Part shown: positions 1-10,183 of the stretch, in pieces
How the letters are laid out: each line of letters starts with the position of its first letter
Numbering within the stretch: the first letter of the stretch is position 1
From: an uncultured delta proteobacterium
Lineage (GTDB): Bacteria; Myxococcota_A; Polyangia; Fen-1088
DNA: 64,000 nt
Assembly: GCA_963767925.1 (NCBI GenBank)
Contig: CAVYGB010000010.1
Span: forward strand, 768,001 to 832,000
Direction of reading: 5' to 3'
The notes under the pieces: model-generated
The model's input: only the letters and a program-made list of their open reading frames with translations
Told to the model about the DNA's origin: nothing
Databases searched by the model: none
Position numbers and translations under genes: made by a program

Positions 1-302
1 GCGCACTGCCGGACGCGCGCCCCGGGAGGGGGCAGGGCCTCGGCCTGCGGGGGATCACACTCCAGCTCGGGTGGGGCCGGCGGGCAGGTGGCGGCCACCG
101 CGGCCTCGCCGCCGCCATCGGCGCGCGGCGGGGCGCCATCGGCAGGCGCGGCGGCATCGGACGCGGCGTCGGGCGGCGGCGGCGCGCTCGTGCCGGCGTC
201 GTCTTCGCAGGCCGATCCGAGCAGGGCCAGCGCGGCGGCGCCTCCGATCACGGCGGCGGCCCCCAGGACTCTAGACGTGTGCCGGAGCCAGGACGTGTTC
301 AT
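1..302 (-). CDS. Putative lipoprotein, 5' part only (runs off the left edge)
   Basis: Manual translation from ATG at 302: MNTSWLRHTSRVLGAAAVIGGAAALALLGSAC-EDDAG... has a signal peptide with lipobox Cys, then a DAA/DGG-rich linker. GGGGGA SD-like sequence upstream. Not in the ORF track because it has no stop in the window. Confidence 0.7.
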   Translation of the reverse strand, partial: MNTSWLRHTSRVLGAAAVIGGAAALALLGSACEDDAGTSAPPPPDAASDAAAPADGAPPRADGGGEAAVAATCPPAPPELECDPPQAEALPPPGARVRQC

Positions 303-460
303 GTTGATTCCCCCGGAGAGCTAACGCAGGCGCCCCGAGATCTTCGGGGCTCGCCCCAAGCTTTCCCTCCGAACCGCCCCGGTCTGGGTGACGGTTTCGC
401 CACGGCTCGCAAGCCGGCAAGATCGCGGAAAAAGGCCGGGGGAACGCGGCCTCCGCGCGG

Positions 461-1408
461 TCAGCTCTCGCCGAGGAGGAGGCTGGTCTGGCGGGGATCG
501 GGCTGGTCGCGCTTGCGGCGGCCGGACCCGGCCGGGGGGCGGGGGGGCTGGGTCGGGCGGGGGGCGCCGAGGAGCGCGCGCAGGCGGCCCAGGTTGCGGG
601 CGAAGGAGGGGAGCTTGTCCGGTCCCGACGGGGTCTCGAGGATGCCCGGCACCTCGGCGAAGCGGGGGTCGTTGACCAGGCGCCAGAACGGGTACAGCCC
701 CAGGGTGCCGTCGCCGATCTCCTGGTGCCGGTCGACCCGGCTGCCGAGCTCGGTCTTCGAGTCGTTGAGGTGGAAGGCCTTGACCGCCGCCAGGCCGACC
801 CGCCGGTCGAGCTCGCCGAACACCCGGTCGTAGCCCTCCTCGCTGGTAAAGTCGTAGCCGGCGGCGTGGGCGTGGCAGGTGTCGAAGCAGATCCCCAGGC
901 GATCCCCGCCCGGCGTGTCGCCCAGCAGCCGTTCCAGGTGCTCGAAGCGGCAGCCCAGACAGCTCCCCTGCCCCGCCGTCAGCTCGATCAGGAGCTGGGC
1001 GTGAAAGCCCCGCGTGCGGCGCAGCAGATCGGCGAGGTTCGCGCTCACCCGGGCCAGCCCCTCGTCCTCGCCGTCGCCGAGGTGGGCCCCGGGGTGCAGG
1101 ACGACGTGGTCGAGCCCGAGCTCCTCGGCGCGGGTCATCTCTTCTTCCAGGGCCTCGCGCGAGCGGGCCAGCACGATCGGGTCGGCCGTCCCCAGGTTGA
1201 TGAGGTACGAGGTGTGCGAGAGCAGGGGCCAGCCCACCGCCGCGTGCTCGCTGCGGAAGCTGGAGACCTCCTCGGGATGGAACGGCCGGGCGCGCCACTG
1301 GGCCGACGGACGGGCGAAGATCTGGATCGCGTCGCAGCCGTCCTGACGGCCGCGATCGATGGCGGCGTGTATCCCGCCGGCGACGGATTCATGGGCTCCG
1401 AGGCGCAT
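461..1408 (-). CDS. nfo: Endonuclease IV (AP endonuclease family 2)
   Basis: LGAHES, SHTSYLINL, VLHPG, IELTAGQG, CFDTCHAHAAG, HLNDSK, DRHQEIG and ILETP metal-ligand motifs. Confidence 0.95.
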   Translation of the reverse strand: MRLGAHESVAGGIHAAIDRGRQDGCDAIQIFARPSAQWRARPFHPEEVSSFRSEHAAVGWPLLSHTSYLINLGTADPIVLARSREALEEEMTRAEELGLDHVVLHPGAHLGDGEDEGLARVSANLADLLRRTRGFHAQLLIELTAGQGSCLGCRFEHLERLLGDTPGGDRLGICFDTCHAHAAGYDFTSEEGYDRVFGELDRRVGLAAVKAFHLNDSKTELGSRVDRHQEIGDGTLGLYPFWRLVNDPRFAEVPGILETPSGPDKLPSFARNLGRLRALLGAPRPTQPPRPPAGSGRRKRDQPDPRQTSLLLGES

Positions 1409-1558
1409 TTTCGGCCCTTAGCATACTCGACGCGCAGCGACCCTCCGGACCGTTTTGCATCCGCCGTGCGCACCTCCTTACTGCAATGAAACCCTTCTGA
1501 AACAAGGGGCACGTTATTGGTTCCCGGGGGTACGGGATCGAGTAGAAGGAGCCGCCGA

Positions 1559-2923
1559 ATGACGCCCGCCGAGCTGAAGATCGCCCTCGACACGATCTGG
1601 GTCATGGTCGCCGCCATGCTCGTGTTCTTCATGAACGCGGGCTTCGGCCTGCTCGAAGCGGGCCTCTGCCGCAGCAAGAACGCGGTCATGATCCTGTCGA
1701 AGAACTTCGTGGTCTTCGCCATCTCGACCCTCGCCTTCTGGACGATGGGCTTCGGGATGATGTTCTCGGACGGCGGCGCGGTGGGGACCTCGGGCGGGCT
1801 GTTCCTCAGCGGCCCCGACAACAGCCCGGCGGTCGGGGCGGCCTACCAGGGGGCCTTCAGCTCGCTGTCCTGGACGGGCGTGCCCCTCCACGCCAAGTTC
1901 TTCTTCCAGCTCGTCTTCTGCGGGACCGCGGCCACCATCGTCTCGGGGGCGGTCAACGAGCGCACCCGCTACGGGTCGTTCCTCGTGTTCTCTTTCATCC
2001 TCACCGGGCTGATCTATCCCATCGCTGGCCACTGGATCTGGGGAGGCGGCTTCCTGGCCCAGATGGGCTTCTTCGACTTCGCCGGGTCGACGGTCGTGCA
2101 CAGCGTGGGGGGCTGGGCGGCGCTGGCCGGCATCCTCGTGATCGGCCCCCGGCTCGGCCGCTACGGCACCGACGGGCGGGCCACCCCGGTGCCCGGCCAC
2201 CACATGGGCTACGTGTTCACCGGCGCCTTCATCCTCTGGTTCGGCTGGTTCGGGTTCAACCCCGGGTCGACCATGGCCGTCGATCCCGAGGCCATCGCCC
2301 GCATCGCCCTGGTGACGAACCTGGCGGCGGCCAGCGCCACCGTGATGGCCTCGCTGTATAGCTGGGTGCGCCTCGGCAAGCCGGACTTCACCTTCACGGT
2401 CAACGGGGCCCTGGCCGGCCTGGTGGCGATCACCGCCCCCTGTGCCTTCGTCACCCCGAGCTCGGCGGTCAGCATCGGCGCCATCGCCGGCGTGCTGGTC
2501 ATCGAGGCGGTGCTGCTGTTCGACCGCCTGAAGCTCGACGACCCGGTGGGCGCCACCTCGGTCCACCTGGTCAACGGCATTTTCGGCACGCTCGCGGTGG
2601 GGATCTTCGGGGTCAAGGGCTTGAGCGGCCTCGGCAACGAGGGACTGCTCCGGGGCGGCGGAGCCACCCAGCTCTGGATCCAGGCCAAGGGGGTGCTGGC
2701 GGTGGCGGGGTTCAGCTTCTTCGCCTCGATGGTCGCCTGGTCGCTCATCAAGGCGGTCATGGGCGCCCGCTCCAACCCGGAGGAGGAGGTCAATGGACTC
2801 GACCTCACCGAGCTCGGCATGGAGGCCTACCCCGACGCCCGCGAGATCGAGGAGAAGGTCCGCCAGGAGTACGCCTCCATCGCGGCGGGCGCCGGGCCGC
2901 CGATGCTCTCGCAGCTCAAGTAG
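1559..2923 (+). CDS. amtB: Ammonium transporter (Amt family)
   Basis: FFMNAGF, FQLVFCGTAATIVSGA, DFAGSTVVHSVGG, WFGWFGFNPGS and DDPVGATSVH (twin His). ATG 1559 follows an AGAAGGA SD. Confidence 0.95.
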   Translation: MTPAELKIALDTIWVMVAAMLVFFMNAGFGLLEAGLCRSKNAVMILSKNFVVFAISTLAFWTMGFGMMFSDGGAVGTSGGLFLSGPDNSPAVGAAYQGAFSSLSWTGVPLHAKFFFQLVFCGTAATIVSGAVNERTRYGSFLVFSFILTGLIYPIAGHWIWGGGFLAQMGFFDFAGSTVVHSVGGWAALAGILVIGPRLGRYGTDGRATPVPGHHMGYVFTGAFILWFGWFGFNPGSTMAVDPEAIARIALVTNLAAASATVMASLYSWVRLGKPDFTFTVNGALAGLVAITAPCAFVTPSSAVSIGAIAGVLVIEAVLLFDRLKLDDPVGATSVHLVNGIFGTLAVGIFGVKGLSGLGNEGLLRGGGATQLWIQAKGVLAVAGFSFFASMVAWSLIKAVMGARSNPEEEVNGLDLTELGMEAYPDAREIEEKVRQEYASIAAGAGPPMLSQLK

Positions 2924-3860
2924 GCAGGCGCAGCCGCTCGAGGACCTCGAGGTAGTCGGGCGGCGGCTCGCTGGTCCAGCTCAGCTCGGCCCCGGTCACC
3001 GGGTGCACGAAGCCCAGGGTCTCGGCGTGCAGCAGCAGGCGGGCCGAGGCGATCGGCTGCTGCCCGGCCCGCTGCAGGTCGCGCACGTAGACCGTCTCGC
3101 CGACCAGGGGGTGGCCCCGCTCGGCGAGGTGGATCCGGATCTGGTGGGTGCGCCCGGTCTCGAGCCGGACCCGGCAGAAGGTGGCCCCCGCGAGCGGCTC
3201 GAGCGCGGTCACGTGGGTGACCGCCCGTTGCCCCTCGCCTCGCCGCGCGTTGGCCCCCCGCAGGCCGTCGCCCCGGTCGGCCTGGATGTACGACTCGATC
3301 CGGCCGCTGCGCACGGTCCCGTGGGCCGCGGCCAGGTAAGACCGCTCGGCCTGGTGCTGCTTGAAGACCCGGTGGAGCCCGCGCTCGGCGAGCTTGGTCT
3401 TCGCGAAGCAGAGCAGGCCCGAGGTGTCCTTGTCGATGCGGTGCACGGTGTAGAGCGGCACCACGGTGGCCCGCTTGCCCTGGCGGCGCCAGGCGGCCCG
3501 AACCAGATCGAGCGCGGTGCCCGACTCCTTGCGCTCGTAGGGGACGCTCGACACGCCCTCGGGCTTGTCGACGACGACGAGGTGGCCGTCCTCGAAGACG
3601 ATGCGCACCGAGGGGCCGCGCAGCCGCTCCTGGTTGGGGGCGGCCAGCCGCCAGGCCACCTCCTCGCCGCCGCGCAGGCGGCCGGCCGGATCGAGGGACA
3701 GCTCCCCCCCGACCGTGACCTTCCCGGTCCGGCACAGCCGCCGCACCTCTTCCCAGCTCACCCCTGGCAGGGCCTGCCGGAGGGCGGCCGCCAGGGTCAC
3801 CCCCGGTGGCGCGACAAGCACCCCATCGCGCAGCAACGGTCCCCGGGCGGCGGCATCCAT
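2916..3860 (-). CDS. RluA/RluD-family pseudouridine synthase
   Basis: S4-like N-terminus, VVDKPEG, HRIDKDTSG (catalytic Asp), LETGRTHQIRIH and LLLHA. Start chosen at MDAAARG. Confidence 0.9.
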   Translation of the reverse strand: MDAAARGPLLRDGVLVAPPGVTLAAALRQALPGVSWEEVRRLCRTGKVTVGGELSLDPAGRLRGGEEVAWRLAAPNQERLRGPSVRIVFEDGHLVVVDKPEGVSSVPYERKESGTALDLVRAAWRRQGKRATVVPLYTVHRIDKDTSGLLCFAKTKLAERGLHRVFKQHQAERSYLAAAHGTVRSGRIESYIQADRGDGLRGANARRGEGQRAVTHVTALEPLAGATFCRVRLETGRTHQIRIHLAERGHPLVGETVYVRDLQRAGQQPIASARLLLHAETLGFVHPVTGAELSWTSEPPPDYLEVLERLRLPT

Positions 3861-4099
3861 CGGCGAAAGAGGTAACACGAGAACGCAGGGCGCGCGGCGC
3901 CCTCGCCGAGGTTCCCGTCCGGCGCGCCCTTTTCGGCGCGGCAACTGGGTGACCGGGCGGGGGTGTTCGAGCTTGAACGGGGATCCTGGTTCACCCAGAA
4001 TGGGCCGCGTTTTCCCGGTCTTGCCGACGGGGTGACCGGGCGCCGCGAACGTGCCACCCAGGACGCCGGCGCCGGCGCCCGGCGCGAGGAGGAACCTGC

Positions 4100-5516
4100 A
4101 TGAGATGGACGAGGCTTGTCATCGGTGGGATCGCGCTGGCGGCGGCGGGGCGAGAGGCCTGGGCGGCCAAGGCCGACGTCTACGCGCTGGTCGGGGCGCG
4201 GGTGGTGCCCGTGTCGGCCCCGTCATCGAGAACGGCACGGTGCTGCTGCGCGACGGGGTGATCGAGGCGTGGGGGCGAAGGTGGTGGTGCCGCCCGACGC
4301 GCGGGTGATCGACGGCAAGGGGCTCACCGTCACGCCGGGGCTGATCGACGGCTTCGGCGGGCTGGGGCTGCCGGCCCCCCGGCCGGGGGGCGCGCCCGGC
4401 AGGGGCGAGGCGCCCGGCGGGGGGGGGCCGGGGGTGGGCCGCCGGCGCCGGCGACGAGCGCCCTGCAGCCGCAGGCGCTGGCCCTCGATCGGCTGCGGCC
4501 GGCCGAGGCGTTGCGGGCCCGCGACCAGGGGCTCACGACCGCGCTGGCCATCGGGCGCGAGGGGGTGCTGCCCGGGCGCAGCGTGCTGCTCAACCTGTCG
4601 GGCAGCCGCGCCGAGCAGATGGCGCTCGTGCAGCCGGCGGCGATGCACCTGCACATGGCCACCGCTGGCCGGGGCTATCCGGGCGCGCTGATGGGGACGA
4701 TGGCCCACGCCCGCCAGCAGCTCCTCCACGCCACCCGCTACCGGGAGGAGTGGGCGCTGTACGAGGCGGCGCCGGCCGGCCGCAAGCGGCCCCGGTTCGA
4801 CCCGGCGCTGGCCGCCTGGCGAGAGGTGCTCGAGGGCAAGCTGCCCCTGGTTGTGACGGCCCCCCGGGAGAACGACATCCGGCGGGCGCTCGCCCTGGCC
4901 GACGCCTTCAAGCTGAAGGTCGCGGTGGCCGGCGTGCCTCGGGCGTTCGCGGTGGCCGGGCTGCTCAAGCGGCGCCAGATCCCGGTCTTCGTGAGCGTCA
5001 ACTTCAATCCGCCGCGGGCGGCGCCGGGCGCCGGCGGCGACGAGGAGCGGCAGAAGCGGGACATCGACGAGGCCAGCCGCAACCCCGCTGCCCTCCACAA
5101 GGCGGGCGTCTCCTTCGCCCTGGTGTCGGGCCACGGCTCCGGCTTCCTGAACGGCGTGCGCAAGGCGATCGAGATGGGGCTGCCGCGCGAGGCCGCCCTG
5201 CGGGCGCTGACCCTCGACGCCGCCCGGGCCCTCGGGGTGGCCGACCGGATCGGCAGCCTCGAGCGGGGCAAGCTGGCCAACGTGGTGCTCTGGTCGGGGG
5301 ATCCGTTCGACCGCAAGGCCCAGGTGAAGCTGGTGTTCGTCGACGGCCAGCTCCACGAGCCGGCGCCCCGCCCCCGAACGTCCCCGCGGTGACGACCGCG
5401 AGGACGAGCCCCGCCCGGAGGAGCCGACCGACGACACCGCCGCGCAGCAGGACGCGCACGCCGGACAGATCGAAGACAGCGCGCAGACCGCGCACAGCGA
5501 GGAGACCCAGCCATGA
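4100..5516 (+). CDS. Secreted amidohydrolase-family protein, broken by several frameshifts
   Basis: Pieces in different frames join into a signal peptide (ATG 4100, GAGGAGGA SD), ALVGARVVPVS/GPVIENGTVLLRDGVIEA/VIDGKGLTVTPGLID, and a C-terminal LTLDAARALGVADRIGSLERGKLANVVLWSGDPF. An acidic tail ends at a TGA overlapping the next ATG (ATGA 5513-5516). Confidence 0.75.
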
Positions 5517-6423
5517 GGACGATCCGCGCCCGAACGTCCCGTCCCCGCGAGAGGCACCCCGGCCGGGCGGCGCGCGCGGCGCTGCTGGCGGCGCTGCTCG
5601 GGGTGGCCACCAGCCCGTTCGGGTCGGCCCGCGCCCAGGAGAAGACCGATCCGCCGGACCGGCCGCGCCCGGCGCCGGGCGCCCGCCCGGCGACCCCGCC
5701 GCCGAGCCCGGGGCCCACGCCCACCCAGCGCTCGAGCCCGCCCGGCCAGCCCGCGACGCCGGCCCAGCCCGCCACCCCACCCGCCCAGCCGGGGACTCCA
5801 CCCGCCCAGCCGGGGACTGCGCCCGCCCCGCCCGCCCCGCCGGCGGCCCGCGCCGAGGCGAAGCCGCCCGCCCCGCCGCCCCCGCTCGCTCCGCGCTGGA
5901 TCGCGCCCTGCCGCCGATGCAACCGGCCAGCAAGCCCATCGCCATCGTCAACGCCACCCTCCTCACCGTGGCCCGGGCCGGCACCATCACGGGCGGCACC
6001 GTGCTGACGAAAGGCGGCAGAGGCCGCGGCAAGAACGTCGCCGTGCCCCCGGGCGCGTCGATCATCGACGGCCAGGGGAAATTCGTCACCCCCGGGATCA
6101 TCGACTGCCACTCGCACACCGCCATCGTGAGCGACAGCGACTCGAAGGCCCGCAACCTCCCCTACGAGGCGGCGATGGCCCGGGCCTACGGCCTGCCGCC
6201 CGACGTCGCCCTGCGGGCCATCACCCTGGCCCCCGCCGAGATCCTCGGGGTGGCCGACAAGGTCGGCTCGCTGGCGGAGGGCAAAGACGCCAACGTCGTC
6301 ATCGCCACCGGCGACATCATGGACCACCGCACCGCCATCAAACACGTCCTCATCGACGGGGTCGAGCAGCCGCTGTCCACCCGCCACGCCCGCCTTTACG
6401 AGCCGTTCAAGGACCGCAAGTGA
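5513..6423 (+). pseudogene. Amidohydrolase-family gene with a frameshift and a large internal deletion or chimeric junction
   Basis: Signal peptide and Pro-rich linker, frameshift near 5900, then IIDGQGKFVTPGIIDCHSHTAI joined directly to VSDSDSKARNLPYEAAMA...GSLAEGKDANVV. The TIM-barrel core is missing. Confidence 0.6.
5745..5830 (+). repeat. Imperfect 18-21-bp coding tandem repeat (QPATP/QPGTP)
   Basis: cagcccgcgacgccg / cagcccgccacccca / cagccggggactcca / cagccggggactgcg units. Confidence 0.7.
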
Positions 6424-6601
6424 ATCCCTGAGCCGATCCGGCCGGCGGGCGGCGCGGGTCCGGGGAGGCTGCCCATCGGGTGTCAGCCTGGTTCACCCCG
6501 GGCCTCGCTCCGGGCCGCCGACCGGGGGAGCCTTCCCCTGGGATCCGCCGCGCGGGCGAGTCGGATCGGACGCCTGCCGGGGTTCCGCATACAATGTGTC
6601 C

Positions 6602-7834
6602 GTGGCCGAGCACACCGAAGTGGATGAGACCCGGGCGGACCTGCCACCCGGGCAGAGGCCGGGGCGACGGGTCTGGATTCTGCTGGCCGCCTGCCTGCCA
6701 CTGGCTGTCGCCTGCGCGCTGGTGCCGCTGACCAGCCTGCGGACACTCGGCGCGCCCACCTGGGCGGCGGTGGCCGCGGCGGTGGCCCTGTTCCCGGTGC
6801 TGCCCGTGCTCTGGCATCTGCTCGCCGAGCGCAAGCGCTCGCCCGCCAACCCGGGCCCCGGCACCGCCCTCGAGCGGGTGGCCCTGCGCTGCCTGCTGGT
6901 GGGGGCGATCGCGCTGGCCATCTCCTTCGCCAACCTCGGGCCCCGGCAGGTGGGTACCGGCCTGGCCGGGCTGTTCGGCCTGCGCGGCCGGGCGGCTGCC
7001 CCGGTGGCCGACCCCCGGCCGGGCGCGCCGGTGGCCACCGTGTTCCGCCACGAGCTCGAGAACTTCATCCCCGCCGACGCCAGCCTGGTGGTGGCGATGT
7101 CGGGCGCCTCGGTGATGCAACAGCTCCTGGCCTCGCTGGGGGCCGACACGAAGAAGGCGGTGGCGGCGCTGCAGCGCTGCCAGATCCTCACCGAGCGCGC
7201 CGTCATCCTGGTGGCGACCCAGGACGCCGGCAACCGCCTCGTCGTCGTGCGGGCGCCCGGCATCACCGATCAGCGCAACCTCTATTGCGTTGTCGGCTTC
7301 CTCGGCAGCGACCGGATGGGCCTGAAGTTCACGCGCGACCGGGCGCCGGTGCGGTTCGAGCTGCAGGGGCTTTTGGGGCAGCCGCTGGCCTTCGAGGCGG
7401 TCGACGACCGCACCGTCATCGCCAGCGAGGGGACCTGGCAGGACAAGGCCCACAAGAAGCTGTTCCCGGGCGGCGCCAGTCAGGCCGACGGGCCCCTTGG
7501 CCCGGTGATGGCCCGGGTCGATCGCGGCGCGGGGCTGTGGGCCGCCGGGGTGGCCCAGACCGAAAAGGGGCCCTGGGACCTGTCGCTCGACGCCCGCTTC
7601 GAGGGGCGCGAGCTCGAGCTGCGCGGCAGCTCGGTCCCCCCCTCGGGCGAGGCGGACCGCGCCGAGCTGCGCATGCACGTGCCGCTGCCCTTCGCCGCGG
7701 CGCTGCCCCAGGCGGCCCTGGAGAGCGGGCTGCGCGGCGTGGTGACCGTGATCGCATCGGCCGGCGCGCGCCTGGCGCCGGCGCCTGCCACCGCCACCGC
7801 CAAGCCCCCGCCCGCCGGCCCCGGAAGCCGGTAG
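6602..7834 (+). CDS. Hypothetical membrane protein (3 N-terminal TM segments plus a soluble domain)
   Basis: Long ORF with genome-typical codon usage and three hydrophobic stretches. TACAAT lies 6 nt before GTG 6602. Confidence 0.75.
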   Translation: MAEHTEVDETRADLPPGQRPGRRVWILLAACLPLAVACALVPLTSLRTLGAPTWAAVAAAVALFPVLPVLWHLLAERKRSPANPGPGTALERVALRCLLVGAIALAISFANLGPRQVGTGLAGLFGLRGRAAAPVADPRPGAPVATVFRHELENFIPADASLVVAMSGASVMQQLLASLGADTKKAVAALQRCQILTERAVILVATQDAGNRLVVVRAPGITDQRNLYCVVGFLGSDRMGLKFTRDRAPVRFELQGLLGQPLAFEAVDDRTVIASEGTWQDKAHKKLFPGGASQADGPLGPVMARVDRGAGLWAAGVAQTEKGPWDLSLDARFEGRELELRGSSVPPSGEADRAELRMHVPLPFAAALPQAALESGLRGVVTVIASAGARLAPAPATATAKPPPAGPGSR

Positions 7835-7956
7835 ACGCGAACCCGCCGGACGCCCTGCGGGGTGTCCGCACCTGCGCCGGGTGGGGACGGGTGGGCGGCG
7901 CGCGGCGGCAGGGCGGGTCTCCCGGGTTCCGGGCCCGATCAAGTACACTCCTCTGC

Positions 7957-8664
7957 GTGCGCGTGCTCTGGATCTTCCTGCGGCGCCACTACCTGCGCCT
8001 GCAGGTGCGGACCCGCCGGCGCCTGCTGGTGGCCACCGCGATCGCGATGGCCCTCGCCCCGCTGTGGCTGCTCAACGCCACCGTCGCCTTCGTCGGGCAC
8101 ACGGTGATCTTCCCGCTGTCCCCGTTTTTCCTGCGCGAGAAGGTCTCGGCGCTGGTGGCCTACGCCGGGCACCGCCCGTTTTGTCTGTTTCGCGGCCACC
8201 CCGAGATGGCTCCGCTGATCGCCCGCGCCGGCGAGCGCCAGCGCCTGCCCAGGGGGCTGCTGGCGGCGGTGGTGCAGGTCGAGTCGGGCGGGCGTCCCCA
8301 CCGGATCTCCCGGGCCGGCGCCATGGGTCCCGGCCAGCTCATGCCGGCCACCGCGCGCGGCCTCGGCGTCGACGACCCGTTCGACTCTGCGGAGAACGTC
8401 GACGGCGCCGCCCGCCTGCTGGCCCGGCACCTGGCCCGCTTCCGCAGCGTCCGCCTCGCGCTCGCCGCTTACAACGCTGGCCCGGGCTCGGTGCGCGGCC
8501 GCCGCGTTCCCGACAACGGCGAGACCGTGCAATACGTGAGCAAGGTCATGCGGGCCTACGCCGGCCTGCGGCCCCAAGCGGACCGGAGACGCACACCCGC
8601 CAAACCGTTACCAGGTACGCTCCCCCGGGTCCCCGGCCCATTGCTCGTCTCCGGCCGCTGGTAG
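7957..8664 (+). CDS. Lytic transglycosylase (SLT domain), membrane anchored
   Basis: AVVQVESGG (catalytic Glu), SRAGAMGPGQLMPAT, ALAAYNAGPG and ETVQYVSKV; N-terminal hydrophobic segment. Confidence 0.9.
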   Translation: MRVLWIFLRRHYLRLQVRTRRRLLVATAIAMALAPLWLLNATVAFVGHTVIFPLSPFFLREKVSALVAYAGHRPFCLFRGHPEMAPLIARAGERQRLPRGLLAAVVQVESGGRPHRISRAGAMGPGQLMPATARGLGVDDPFDSAENVDGAARLLARHLARFRSVRLALAAYNAGPGSVRGRRVPDNGETVQYVSKVMRAYAGLRPQADRRRTPAKPLPGTLPRVPGPLLVSGRW

Positions 8665-8718
8665 GCGTGATACCGTCTCGAGGGTACCCCCGTGTCCGTC
8701 GCATCGACCCGGGCCACG

Positions 8719-10170
8719 ATGGCCCACCGCGCCCGACCGCTCCGCGCGCTCGCGCTGACCGCGCTGGCGATCGCGATCCCGGCCTGTGGCCCGCACGAGC
8801 TGGTGGACGCCGCCGGATCCAGCGGCGGTAGCGCGACCGACGGCGCCGGGGGGCCGCCCCCGCCCGGGTTCGACGTCGGCCCGCTGCCCGACGGCGGCAG
8901 CAGCGCCCAGCCGGGCGCCCCCACCCGCCCCCCTACCAGCGGCGAGATGTGTGTCGACGAGGCGATCCGGAGCGAGCTGGTGCCGCTCGACCTGCTGCTG
9001 GTGATGGACGCCTCCGGCTCGATGAACCTCATGGTGGGCAACCGGAGCCGCTGGCAGCTCGTCACCGAGGCACTCTCGAACTTCATGCGCGATCCGCGCT
9101 CGATGGGGCTGGGGGTGGGCTTCCAGACCTTCCCCTTCACCATCCACGAGAAGGCCTGCACCAGCAACGCCGACTGCGGGGGCTCCGACAGCGCGACCGG
9201 CCGGGAGTGTGCACGCCCCTCGCTCTGCATCGGGCCGGGCGTGTTGCCCGCCACCGCCCGCACCTGCGATCCCAACGACGCCTATTGTCCGGACGCCGGC
9301 ACCCGCTGCGTCCCCTCGGGCCGCTGCTCGGCCAGCAGCATGCGCTGTGTGAACCTGGGCGAGATCTGCCCGGGGGCCGGACCGAACGACATCTGCGACG
9401 ATCCCCCCCTGGTGTGCAAGTTGCCGATCGATAGCTGCCTGGCTGCCGACTACCAGCGGCCGCGGGTCCCCATCGGCATCCTCCCGGCGGCGATGCCGGC
9501 AGTGACCCAGGGACTGAGCGCGGTTCGCCCGGCCGGCAACACCCCCATCGCCGCCGCCTTCGCCGGGGCCACCGAATATCTGCAGCGCCACCTCGCCGAC
9601 CACCCCGATCGGCGGGCCGCCCTCGTACTGGCGACCGACGCCTCGCCGAGCGGCTGTCAGAGCGACGACATCGAGACGGTGGCCGCGGTCGTGGCGGCCG
9701 CCCGGGCCGGCCAGCCGGCCATCTCGACCTACGTGATCGGGGCGGTCAGCCCGGGCGACGCCATCCGGGGCAGCGCGGCCACCCTCCTGGCCCAGGCCGG
9801 CGGCACCATCCAGCCCTTCATCCTCAACGATTCGGCCGCCGACCTCGGCAATCGGTTCCTCGAGGCGCTCAACGCCATCCGGGGCAGCGCCCTGCCCTGC
9901 GAGCTGCGCATCCCCCGGCCCAGCACCGGCACGATCGACTTCAACAAGGTCAACGTCCGCTTCACCGGCCTGGCCGGACTCGAGGACCTGCTCTACGTGG
10001 CCGACGCCAACCGCTGCGACCCGGCCACCGGCGGCTGGTATTACGACGTCGACCCGGCCAGCGCGACGCCGAGCACGGTGCGCGTCTGCGAGGCCACCTG
10101 CCGGCGCTTCGCCAGCGAGGGGGGCGGCACCATCGAGCTGCGCTTCGGCTGCCGCACCCGCATCGAGTGA
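8719..10170 (+). CDS. VWA-domain lipoprotein with a Cys-rich insertion
   Basis: Lipobox AIPAC; MIDAS DASGS...TPI...LATD; Cys-rich insert within the VWA domain; myxobacterial-type C-terminal GWYYD...CEATC domain. Confidence 0.85.
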   Translation: MAHRARPLRALALTALAIAIPACGPHELVDAAGSSGGSATDGAGGPPPPGFDVGPLPDGGSSAQPGAPTRPPTSGEMCVDEAIRSELVPLDLLLVMDASGSMNLMVGNRSRWQLVTEALSNFMRDPRSMGLGVGFQTFPFTIHEKACTSNADCGGSDSATGRECARPSLCIGPGVLPATARTCDPNDAYCPDAGTRCVPSGRCSASSMRCVNLGEICPGAGPNDICDDPPLVCKLPIDSCLAADYQRPRVPIGILPAAMPAVTQGLSAVRPAGNTPIAAAFAGATEYLQRHLADHPDRRAALVLATDASPSGCQSDDIETVAAVVAAARAGQPAISTYVIGAVSPGDAIRGSAATLLAQAGGTIQPFILNDSAADLGNRFLEALNAIRGSALPCELRIPRPSTGTIDFNKVNVRFTGLAGLEDLLYVADANRCDPATGGWYYDVDPASATPSTVRVCEATCRRFASEGGGTIELRFGCRTRIE

Positions 10171-10183
10171 CCGCGATCTCCCG

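Noticed and set aside
1455..1525. NtrC-like box (CGCACCTCCTTACTGCA) and sigma54-like GGCACGTTATTGG upstream of amtB
   Set aside because: Biologically plausible, but the -12 GC is absent at the required spacing and the box is only about 20 bp from it; not supportable
4042..4056. TGGCACGTTCGCGGC on the minus strand as a sigma54 promoter for the RluA gene
   Set aside because: Poor -12 element (CGGC); likely chance in GC-rich DNA
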